Positions 8,530 to 15,795 of a stretch of DNA of 64,000 nt are shown here, piece after piece. Under the pieces are notes generated by a model. The model did no database searches. It had not been told where the DNA came from and saw only the letters and a program-made list of their open reading frames with translations. The translations under genes were made by a program, and so were the position numbers. The stretch comes from Candidatus Iainarchaeum sp. Its GTDB lineage: Archaea > Iainarchaeota > Iainarchaeia > Iainarchaeales > JAFCCW01. The DNA lies in the NCBI GenBank assembly GCA_017609985.1, contig JAFCCW010000002.1:590-64589 (forward strand), read 5' to 3'. Within the stretch, counting starts at the first letter, position 1. Every line of letters starts with the position of its first letter.

Positions 8530-9756
8530 TTATTGCTTAAGAAACTCACTCAATTTTTTTAAAGAAACACTCTTCTGCTTCCCAGTTTTTAAGTCCTTCA
8601 CAGTAATTTCTTTTTTCTTCAGTTCGTCTTCGCCAAGTATTCCCACAAGCTGGATTCCCTTTCTGTCAGCATAGGCAATGTTTTTGCTTATTCCTCTTCC
8701 AATCAAATCAGTTTCAACATTAATTCCTTTGCTTCTCAGTTCTTCAGCAATCCCAATTGCTTCTTTGCCTGCCTTGTCACCCAAAGGGATAATAAAAATC
8801 TTCAAACTGCTTTCAAGCTTTTTTCCTTGAAGTACATCCACCAGCCGGTCAACCCCAAAAGAAATTCCAATAGCTGGAGTTGCTTGCCCGCCATAAGCTT
8901 CAATCAATTTATCATATCTTCCGCCTCCGCCAATGCTTGGGCCGTTCTCTGAAGCAATCTCAAAAACAGTTCCAGTGTAGTACTCTAACCCTCTTGCAAG
9001 TGTCAAGTCAAGCTCAACAAATTTATTCAGCTTCTGTTCTTTCAACAGTGAAAAAAGCTCTTCAATTTCTTCTGCTCCTCTGCAGTTTGACAGGCATGAT
9101 GCATTATTTTTCTTCACTGTTTGCATGAATTCAATCGGAATTTTTTCCTTCTTTAATTCTTCTTCAACTCCTTCCCACCCAATCTTGTCCAGCTTGTCAA
9201 TTGCCCTGAAAGCATTCTTTACCTTGTCTTTTTTTACTCCACTTTCAAGAGCAATGTCTTCCAGCAGCTTTCTGTTGTTAACCCTTATCTTAAATTCAAT
9301 TCCAAGTTCCTGCAGGATTCTCACAGAAATTGCGAGCAGTTCAAATTCTGCTTCAATTCCACTTACTCCAAACACATCAATATCCGCCTGAGTGAATTCT
9401 CTGTATCTCTGCTTCTGCGGTCTGTCATATCTGTACACGCGTCCAATTTGGTATCTCTTAAACGGTCTTCCTAACTGCTGGTTTTCTGCAACAACTCGCG
9501 CAGTCGGCACAGTCAAGTCAAACCTTAAACCAAGCTCTCTGCCAGACTTGTCCTTAAAATAGTATATTTCGTCCTTGATTGCTTCTCCTCCGCTTCCCTT
9601 CTTTGCAAGCAGTTTGAATTCCTCTACTGCCGGAGTCTGCAGGGGAACAAAGCCATATGCCTTGAACCATTTCTCACAAACCTGTTCCACCCAGCGCTTT
9701 AGCTCTGCTTTTTCTGGGAGAAAATCCCTCATTCCGCGAACCGTACTGTACTTCAT
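8530..9756 (-). CDS. hisS: histidine--tRNA ligase
   Basis: RGMRDFLP at the N-terminus, class II motif 2 YRYDRPQKQRYREFTQ, and motif 3 GGGRYD. GGTGAT lies upstream of the ATG. Confidence 0.95.
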   Translation of the reverse strand: MKYSTVRGMRDFLPEKAELKRWVEQVCEKWFKAYGFVPLQTPAVEEFKLLAKKGSGGEAIKDEIYYFKDKSGRELGLRFDLTVPTARVVAENQQLGRPFKRYQIGRVYRYDRPQKQRYREFTQADIDVFGVSGIEAEFELLAISVRILQELGIEFKIRVNNRKLLEDIALESGVKKDKVKNAFRAIDKLDKIGWEGVEEELKKEKIPIEFMQTVKKNNASCLSNCRGAEEIEELFSLLKEQKLNKFVELDLTLARGLEYYTGTVFEIASENGPSIGGGGRYDKLIEAYGGQATPAIGISFGVDRLVDVLQGKKLESSLKIFIIPLGDKAGKEAIGIAEELRSKGINVETDLIGRGISKNIAYADRKGIQLVGILGEDELKKKEITVKDLKTGKQKSVSLKKLSEFLKQ

Positions 9757-9767
9757 TCTATCACCAA

Positions 9768-9838
9768 TACTGTGGAGCGGGCTTGAACCGCTATTCTTCC
9801 CTTCACAGGAGAAGCGTCTGACATTGACTTACCACAGT
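9768..9838 (-). tRNA. tRNA-His-like cloverleaf (anticodon GUG) 11 nt upstream of hisS; an atypical or pseudo tRNA, or a leader mimic
   Basis: Reverse complement: (t)actgtgg-ta-agtc-aatgtca-gacg-c-ttctc-CTGTGAA-gggaa-gaat-agcgg-ttcaagc-ccgct-ccacagt-a. The T-arm and anticodon arm are good. The acceptor stem extends to 8 bp through U-1:A73. The D-stem has only 3 pairs and the D-loop lacks G18G19. Confidence 0.45.
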
Positions 9839-9873
9839 AAATAGAAGGGAAAATGGAATAAAAGGATTTGTTT

Positions 9874-9990
9874 TTAGCAATCTCTTTTATTTTTGATTCC
9901 TTGTTCAATAAAAAGAGCAATTTCTCTAGGCGTATAATAGCCATGAAGTGATTCCCCTTCTGTATTCTTGTTTATATTCAATTTATTCAA
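9874..9990 (-). CDS. candidate small ORF (38 aa)
   Basis: A strong GGAGGTG Shine-Dalgarno sequence (9996-10002, minus strand) lies 5 nt before a TTG start. Translation: MNKLNINKNTEGESLHGYYTPREIALFIEQGIKNKRDC. It is too short for the ORF track and has no homology evidence. Confidence 0.25.
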   Translation of the reverse strand: MNKLNINKNTEGESLHGYYTPREIALFIEQGIKNKRDC

Positions 9991-10143
9991 TTTAACACCT
10001 CCGTGTTTTCTCTATTTTTATTTCTATTTTTGAAATTTTCAGAATTAGTCAGGCAAAGCAATTCATCAATACTGTGGATGAAGGCATTCACCATTGTTTA
10101 ACTGAAAAATATCTGTTTTTTTGCTGCCTTTTTGGAAGCGAGT

Positions 10144-10211
10144 CCCCTGCAGGGGGCGAGTGCGGGCAAAATCTTCGATTTTGCTGCACCACAAAATCCC
10201 GCGGATTTTGT
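10144..10211. repeat. cluster of three short palindromes/hairpins directly downstream of tRNA-His
   Basis: CCCCTGCAGGGG (10144-10155). GCAAAATC-ttc-GATTTTGC (10166-10184). ACAAAATCC-cgc-GGATTTTGT (10191-10211). The last two share the core AAAATC/GATTTT. Confidence 0.5.
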
Positions 10212-10232
10212 TCGTGCTCCGAAAAAGGCAAA

Positions 10233-10347
10233 GGCCGGCGCCGGGAATCGGACCCGGCTCCCAGGATAACTGCAACGCTTTCTTTTCTGTGAACTCTTTG
10301 AAAAAGTTCCCACAGTCCTGGATCTTAACCACTAGACCACGCCAGCC
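10233..10347 (-). tRNA. tRNA-His (anticodon GUG) with encoded G-1, C73 and a canonical 37/38 intron (~42 nt, 10268-10309)
   Basis: Reverse complement: g-gctggcg-tg-gtct-agtggtta-agat-c-cagga-CTGTGG[intron]A-tcctg-ggag-ccggg-tccgatt-cccgg-cgccggc-c. G-1 opposite C73 is the HisRS identity hallmark. Confidence 0.85.
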
Positions 10348-10555
10348 ATTTATGTACTTATATGTATAGCTTTTGTTTAAATTCCATTCTCCTAAAAAAT
10401 TGTATTTATTTGTATATTTATAAGAAGCAGTATTGCTTTTATTCGTCTTCTGTTTCTTCTTCGCCACAACCGCCACATCCTGGACAGCCGTGAAGTAACT
10501 CACCTATCATAACATAATCTATGGACTGGTTTGTTTAAATACTTTGCCTTGGGGG

Positions 10556-10717
10556 CTACAGAAGCCTGTGAATAGGCTTTTTTGTCTTTTTGTGCTTTGC
10601 TTGAAATCCAGGTCCTGTTTTTCGTCTTATTTCCTGACCTTCAATAACTTTATAGTCTCGCGGCCTAACTTTTCTTGCTGGAGCTCCGCCAACTTTTTTT
10701 CTTCGAACTTGAGACAT
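10556..10717 (-). CDS. candidate small basic protein (53 aa)
   Basis: ATG ORF below the track cutoff: MSQVRRKKVGGAPARKVRPRDYKVIEGQEIRRKTGPGFQAKHKKTKKPIHRLL. It is very basic, with a composition like a ribosomal or nucleic-acid-binding protein. Family not recognised. Confidence 0.4.
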   Translation of the reverse strand: MSQVRRKKVGGAPARKVRPRDYKVIEGQEIRRKTGPGFQAKHKKTKKPIHRLL

Positions 10718-10802
10718 TGTTAAATTAGGTTTTTATCATTTAAATTCCTTTCTCAATGCAAAGAATTAATAAATCAAAAAAACCAGTTAATAGCGTGATT
10801 TA

Positions 10803-11240
10803 ATGCCTGCAAGACCTCGTCCTTCATATAGAAGACCAAGGGAAAACATTCCCGCAAAGCTTTTAGGCGAACGTGTAAAAATGGGTTTGCCTGGAATTGC
10901 AAAAGGCATTGCTACAGGCAGTGTTCCGCAAGGCAGGTATGGTCAGAGAGGCAAAAGAAAACCAACTGGCCCTTCAATAGGTATTGGGGATTATGTTCGT
11001 GCACTCTTTGACTGGGATCATATGCGAAGAAAGCGAGAGCAGTGGAGATTTGAACAACAACAGGCAAGAAGGCAGCAGCAAGCGCAAGCTCAACAACAAC
11101 AAGCAACCCAGATAGGCATGGATATGATGCAACCAAACAAGCCTTCAACTGATTCTGGAATGCAGGGTGCGGCAAGACGGGCATCAGCAAGAGAAAAACA
11201 AGGGCGAGGGCGATATGTAAGGGGAAGGCCAGTGCAGTGA
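10803..11240 (+). CDS. hypothetical basic protein with a Gln-rich low-complexity core
   Basis: 145-aa ORF, R/K-rich at both ends, with QQQARRQQQAQAQQQQATQ in the middle. Visibly higher GC than its surroundings. Confidence 0.5.
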   Translation: MPARPRPSYRRPRENIPAKLLGERVKMGLPGIAKGIATGSVPQGRYGQRGKRKPTGPSIGIGDYVRALFDWDHMRRKREQWRFEQQQARRQQQAQAQQQQATQIGMDMMQPNKPSTDSGMQGAARRASAREKQGRGRYVRGRPVQ

Positions 11241-11267
11241 TTTTACTTATTTAATAGGGTGATTTTT

Positions 11268-11483
11268 ATGGGTTTGATGGATTCAATTTTTGGAATCAAG
11301 TCAGAGAAGGCAAAATCAAAAATTGTCTTGGCTGCAAGGCGAATAGAGGGAAAAATGCACTTGTTTGAAATTTCTCGAGACCGAGCTGGACAAGGCAATG
11401 CAGTAATCAAGCACAGAATCAAAAGAACAGGAGAACAATATTATAAAGAAATTTCCAGTAAAAAAATTAACAGCAAAAACTAG
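11268..11483 (+). CDS. hypothetical small protein
   Basis: The track ORF starts at GTG 11259. I prefer ATG 11268 (MGLMDSIFG...) because GGGTGA lies 5 nt upstream. Confidence 0.45.
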   Translation: MGLMDSIFGIKSEKAKSKIVLAARRIEGKMHLFEISRDRAGQGNAVIKHRIKRTGEQYYKEISSKKINSKN

Positions 11484-12142
11484 TCAATCATTTTTTCAAC
11501 TTTTTCTGAAATTTCTCTCTTTGCAAGAACAAGAATTTTATCTTTTTCATCAATTAATGTTTCTTTAGAGGGAATAACAAGATTTCCCTGATGATACAGT
11601 GCAACAATCGCAGAGCCAGTTGGAAGTTCAATTTCGCCTATTTTTTTTCCTAATATTTTGCTTTTTTTCTTTATTGCGATTTCCATTATTTCTGCTTCGC
11701 CTCTTGAAATAAACGCAAGGTCTAGCACGCCAGGTTTTGTAATCAATTCTTCAATATAGCCGGCGGCTGCTGCCTCTGGATGAATTACAATATCTATTCC
11801 CAGCTTTTTCAAAACCTTTTCATCATACTCTATTCTTGAAATTCTCGCAGCAACCTGTTTTGCTCCAAGCTCTTTAGCTAGCAGGCTCACAACCATGTTT
11901 GTTTCATCCTGTCCTGTGAGCGCGACGACTGCATCAGCTTCTTTAATGTTTGCTTTTTCAAGCACTGCTGGATCGGTTCCGTCCCCAACTGTTGCAACAA
12001 TATCAAGATCTCTCGCAATTCTCCTGCACTTTTCCTCTGCTCTGTCCACTATCACAACATCGTGTTCTTCTTCAAGCAAAAGCTGTGAAAGATAGTAACC
12101 CAGGTTTCCGGCTCCAATAATTACAATATACATTTTTTTCAC
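11480..12142 (-). CDS. trkA: Trk/Ktr potassium uptake system, NAD-binding regulatory subunit
   Basis: IIGAGNLGYYL...VVIVD Rossmann (TrkA-N) domain followed by a TrkA-C-like domain. Located directly downstream of trkH. Confidence 0.9.
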   Translation of the reverse strand: MKKMYIVIIGAGNLGYYLSQLLLEEEHDVVIVDRAEEKCRRIARDLDIVATVGDGTDPAVLEKANIKEADAVVALTGQDETNMVVSLLAKELGAKQVAARISRIEYDEKVLKKLGIDIVIHPEAAAAGYIEELITKPGVLDLAFISRGEAEIMEIAIKKKSKILGKKIGEIELPTGSAIVALYHQGNLVIPSKETLIDEKDKILVLAKREISEKVEKMID

Positions 12143-12171
12143 CTTTGACTAATATAATATTTTCCAAATAT

Positions 12172-13638
12172 TTAACGCTTTCCCCTTAGAGAAAGCAATA
12201 ATCCTAATGAGGTAAGAACAGGAATTATTTCAAGGCGTCCAATCCACATATTAAATATAAGCATTATTTCGATTCCCAAAGGCATTCCAGCCTGTGATAT
12301 TCCATTTCCAATTCCAACATTGCTCTGTGCACTTGTAACTTCAAGAAGTGCGTTTCCAATATCATATCCATAAGCTGTAACCACAAGCGTGCCCACAAAA
12401 ATAAACACAGCATACAAGAGAATAAATTGTTGAACCTGCTTTACTGTTTCTTTTCCAATTTCTTGCTCTTCAAATCTTCTGGAAAAAAAGCTGTTTTCCG
12501 GAAGAATTGCTGATTTAATTCTCCAAATTACTGACTTTCCAAATATAAGAAAACGAGAAAGTTTTATTCCTCCAGCAGTGCTTCCTGCACTTCCTCCAAT
12601 AAACATTGCTGCGAGAAAAACAAGTTTTATGAAATCATCCCATAAAAAAACCTGTGATTCGCTTGCAAGTGAAAATCCGCCACCAGTCAAAGAAGAAACC
12701 ATGTGAAAAAAAGCAGCTTTTAATCCAATAAAATTCGAGCCATAAAAATGCAAAAATTTTGGAGCAACTAAAAGTGCGCCAAGAACAGCAATAAACACAA
12801 GTGCTTTTACTTCAGCATTTTTAAACAAAACATCAGTTCTTCTTTTCTTCAAAACAGCATAATGGATTGAAAAAGAAATCGCTCCAAAAAACATCAATAA
12901 AATAAGAACCCAGTCAATCGCTGGATTGTGCCCTGCTGTCAGTCCAGTCAGTGAAAGATCCATTCCAGTAGTGCTGAGTGCAGACATTGAATAATTGACT
13001 GCAGAGAACAGGTTCATTCCTGCTGCAAAAAGTAATCCTATGCCAAGCAAGGTCAATCCAATGTAAATTCCCCAAATTTCTTTAACTGTATTCTTAATGT
13101 TTGGTTTAATATGTTCCTGATTTCCCTCTGCACTAATCCATTTAGTTGTCTTTGAATAATTGCGCAGGATGCCGGTTAGAGCCATCACAACAATTCCAAT
13201 CCCCCCAATCCATGAAATGAAAGAGCGCCAGAACAAGAGAGAGGCAGGAGCAGAATTAATTACTGGTTGCAGTACAGTAAGCCCTGTTGTAGTAATTGCA
13301 GAAACTGATTCAAAAAAAGCATCAATAAATGGAATTCCCAGAATTAGCGTAAACGGAATTGCAGCAATAGCTGGATAGAGAAGCCAGACAAGTGAAGCAG
13401 TAAGAAAAGTATGTTTGAAATCAGTTTTTGTTTCTGTGTAAAAAATTTTGGTGAGTGCAAACCCTCCAACAAATGCAATTATTCCCGCTAGCGCATAAAA
13501 AGCCATGTTTTTCAATGGCTCAAAAAACAAGAGAACTGTTATTATTGGAACAAGAAAACTTGCAGCAGAATATTTTATGATAAACCCAGTGTCTCTTAAA
13601 GCAACCTTTAAGTCGTCCATTCCAAGAGGTATTAGCAT
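12172..13638 (-). CDS. trkH: Trk/Ktr potassium transporter membrane subunit
   Basis: Polytopic 488-aa protein with four pore-loop glycine motifs (ITTTGLT, LSTTGMD, SLTGGGFS, SNVGIGNG). Confidence 0.9.
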   Translation of the reverse strand: MLIPLGMDDLKVALRDTGFIIKYSAASFLVPIITVLLFFEPLKNMAFYALAGIIAFVGGFALTKIFYTETKTDFKHTFLTASLVWLLYPAIAAIPFTLILGIPFIDAFFESVSAITTTGLTVLQPVINSAPASLLFWRSFISWIGGIGIVVMALTGILRNYSKTTKWISAEGNQEHIKPNIKNTVKEIWGIYIGLTLLGIGLLFAAGMNLFSAVNYSMSALSTTGMDLSLTGLTAGHNPAIDWVLILLMFFGAISFSIHYAVLKKRRTDVLFKNAEVKALVFIAVLGALLVAPKFLHFYGSNFIGLKAAFFHMVSSLTGGGFSLASESQVFLWDDFIKLVFLAAMFIGGSAGSTAGGIKLSRFLIFGKSVIWRIKSAILPENSFFSRRFEEQEIGKETVKQVQQFILLYAVFIFVGTLVVTAYGYDIGNALLEVTSAQSNVGIGNGISQAGMPLGIEIMLIFNMWIGRLEIIPVLTSLGLLLSLRGKR

Positions 13639-13641
13639 GCT

Positions 13642-14205
13642 TTACAGGAAGTCAAAACTGCTTAATAAATGTTTTACACGCACGCCAAGTCTCACAAGTT
13701 TTTCGTAAACACTTTTTCCAACTGCAGGATCAAGGACTGGAGCAAGCATTAGAGTGAATGCAAGACCGCTTGCAAGATGAGTGAGAGTAAACGGAATTTG
13801 TCCAAAAAAAGCAACTTCGAAAGGCATTCCAAAAGCATAACTGCTAAGCACAGGGCCGGTTAAGAAATCAAAAACAAGAATTCCAACAATACTGCTTTTT
13901 GCATAAACTGCAAGGCCAATTTCTTTTCTATGTCTAACATACAAATGAAACATCAGGGTTACGAGAGAATAAGCAAGTGCTGTTCCATAAGTCCAGATTC
14001 CAATTCCTGAAGTAAGAAAATCAAAAGAAAACACTGCAATGAAAACAAATATTGTTGAATGCCACCATTTGCCTGTGCGAGCAAACGGCAGAGCAAAACC
14101 AATTAGCGGGTCATTGTTTGGAAACAAGCGAAGAAATCTGTACACATTACAGAAAAGCAGACTTGCGAGATACTTCAAAGCGATTTTTGGTTTCATGTTG
14201 TTCAC
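13642..14205 (-). CDS. hypothetical polytopic membrane protein
   Basis: Five to six hydrophobic helices. Its stop lies 3 nt from the trkH start. A weak resemblance to ECF-S/DUF6580-type proteins (LFPNNDPLIGFALPFA) is not secure. Confidence 0.6.
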   Translation of the reverse strand: MNNMKPKIALKYLASLLFCNVYRFLRLFPNNDPLIGFALPFARTGKWWHSTIFVFIAVFSFDFLTSGIGIWTYGTALAYSLVTLMFHLYVRHRKEIGLAVYAKSSIVGILVFDFLTGPVLSSYAFGMPFEVAFFGQIPFTLTHLASGLAFTLMLAPVLDPAVGKSVYEKLVRLGVRVKHLLSSFDFL

Positions 14206-14260
14206 ACTATTTCTAATTTAATAGATTATTTAATTGTTATGGTGCTAGTTTGTTGCCTTT

Positions 14261-14845
14261 TTACTCCAGTCCAATCTGCTCCTTTATTCTTTTTATTGAA
14301 TCAATAGAGAGGTTAAAAAACTCGTCTAGGGGCAGCCCTGTTAATTCAACCTCTTTAACAAATTCTCTGTTGCAGTTGGCTGCAAATTTCCGGTCCTTGA
14401 ATTTTTTCTTAAGCCCTTTAACCTTCATGTCAGAAATATTTTTTCCTCTCATTAAGGAGTATGCGTAAATTATTCCTGTCAGGGTTTCAGAAGCGATAAG
14501 GCAGTGTTGAATCTTTGAAGATCTCTTCTTGTCTTTCAGTTGCGGGATTTCATCATAGCCGTAGCCGTGGGATTGCACGTTTTCTATAAATTCTTCGTCA
14601 AATCCTTTCTCTTTCAGTATTTTTTCGGCTTCAATGCAGTGCCTGCTCCAGTCTTCTTTTGTCAATGACCAGTCGACATCGTGCAGCAAGCCCAGCAACC
14701 CCCAATACTCTGCATCCTCACCAAGCCTTTCAGCAAGAGTCTGCATAATAGCTTCTGTTTCCAGGTAATGATTCATGTCTGAGTCAAGTTGTGGCATACT
14801 TTTAAGCAAATCAATTGCTTCTTCCCTTGTTATCGGTAAACTCAT
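14261..14845 (-). CDS. HD-domain metal-dependent phosphohydrolase
   Basis: LLGLLHDVDW supplies the HD motif, and further His residues (QSHGYGYDE) occur at the spacing expected for the HD/HDIG superfamily. Confidence 0.8.
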   Translation of the reverse strand: MSLPITREEAIDLLKSMPQLDSDMNHYLETEAIMQTLAERLGEDAEYWGLLGLLHDVDWSLTKEDWSRHCIEAEKILKEKGFDEEFIENVQSHGYGYDEIPQLKDKKRSSKIQHCLIASETLTGIIYAYSLMRGKNISDMKVKGLKKKFKDRKFAANCNREFVKEVELTGLPLDEFFNLSIDSIKRIKEQIGLE

Positions 14846-14926
14846 GTTTTCAACCCAAGTGTAGAGAGGAGGATTCTAACCCCGTAGGCACTAAGCCACC
14901 AGGCCCTGAATCTAATTACTTTTTGA

Positions 14927-15010
14927 TGCACGGGGGCGGATTCGAACCGCCGAACGCACTAAGCGACAGCCCCCTGAAGGCTGCAGGTTTGACCACTTCC
15001 CTACTCGTGC
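14927..15010 (-). tRNA. tRNA-Leu (anticodon CAG), type II with a long variable arm
   Basis: Reverse complement: gcacgag-ta-gggaagtggtcaaacct-g-cagcc-TTCAGGG-ggctg-tcgcttagtgcgttc-ggcgg-ttcgaat-ccgcc-cccgtgc-a. There is one A-C mismatch in the acceptor stem. Confidence 0.85.
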
Positions 15011-15112
15011 AAGATATTTTTCAGAGTTTTAAGTCTTTCTGGATTTTTTGGTAGATAATTATCGAAAAGAAGAGTTTTTAAACTTTTGATTTGTGACTTA
15101 GGGATAGAAAAA

Positions 15113-15619
15113 TCATGTTGCAGACATATTCCATTTTTGTAATAATGATTTAGTGTTTTGCAAAAATTCTTTATTTTTGCTTGTTATGGCAATCTTATAA
15201 TCATAATTTCCTTTTCTGAAGGTTCTTGGCAAGGAACCGTCCCCCAGAATAAGTCCGGATAAATAAGCGAGGTTACAATCAATTTGGTTTGGAATTTTTG
15301 TAACATCTCCTGTGGTGCTTGAGACATACTCTGCTTTTGAAAAAAATAGTATTTATCTCATTCTCAAACCCCCTAAAGTTCTTAAGGAATCAACTGCTAT
15401 AATAGGTATTGAAGCCCTTCCAAGCACTCAATCTTTAATAGAATTCGGATTCAATTTGTAAGGGATTGCTTTTGCCCTAGCTTGTTTCCATTTTGTTCCA
15501 TGACTCTTTTTTAAATCAGTTCTAATTTTACAGATTTCTTTTATGAGTTCTTTCGCCTTCTCATTTTTTATGTCTGGTTTATCACAGAATTTTGGAAGAA
15601 TAGCATAATTCTGAGACAT
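15113..15619 (-). pseudogene. decayed LAGLIDADG-family homing endonuclease gene (two in-frame stops, C-terminally truncated)
   Basis: A single reading frame of 169 codons is interrupted by TGA (15430-15428) and TAA (15355-15353). The last segment reads ...IPNQIDCNLAYLSGLILGDGSLPRTFRKGNYDYKIAITSKNKEFLQNTKSLLQKW, i.e. a LAGLIDADG motif (15230-15271). That segment has no start codon, and only ~45 aa follow the motif. The first 63 codons are track ORF 15428..15619. Confidence 0.55.
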
Positions 15620-15795
15620 CTTCTTATGTTGTTGTCTTCTTCAGGAACGTGTAATTTCATTAAATTAATCATTTGATACTATTTGTTTTTCGCACTTTAA
15701 ATTTACTTTGAGACCGTGGGTTTCCGGTGAATTAATAAAATGTGTTTGACCGCTCCCGCATCCCCGCGTTAAATTAATCTATCCGATGAAAAGCT

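Noticed and set aside
9753-9944. 63-aa minus-strand ORF upstream of hisS
   Set aside because: It overlaps the hisS start and the tRNA-His-like element. Its composition is low-complexity and it has no ribosome-binding context.
10066-10503. Track ORFs 10066..10503 (-), 10074..10292 (+), 10098..10313 (-) and 10121..10369 (+), considered as possible genes
   Set aside because: All of them run through the tRNA-His gene (10233-10347) and the GC-rich hairpin cluster. Their translations look like nonsense. The open frames are a by-product of locally high GC.
14846-14926. Calling the GC-rich spacer a bona fide tRNA or split-tRNA half
   Set aside because: I could not form a complete acceptor stem or a canonical T-loop by hand. 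It is kept only as an unresolved observation.
15113-15619. Stop-codon recoding (TGA or TAA read as sense) as an explanation for the in-frame stops in the LAGLIDADG frame
   Set aside because: Two different stop codons would have to be recoded. TGA, TAA and TAG all terminate well-conserved neighbouring genes at the expected lengths (GP2329 ends in TGA, hisS in TAA, the DEAD helicase in TAG). The frame is also C-terminally truncated.
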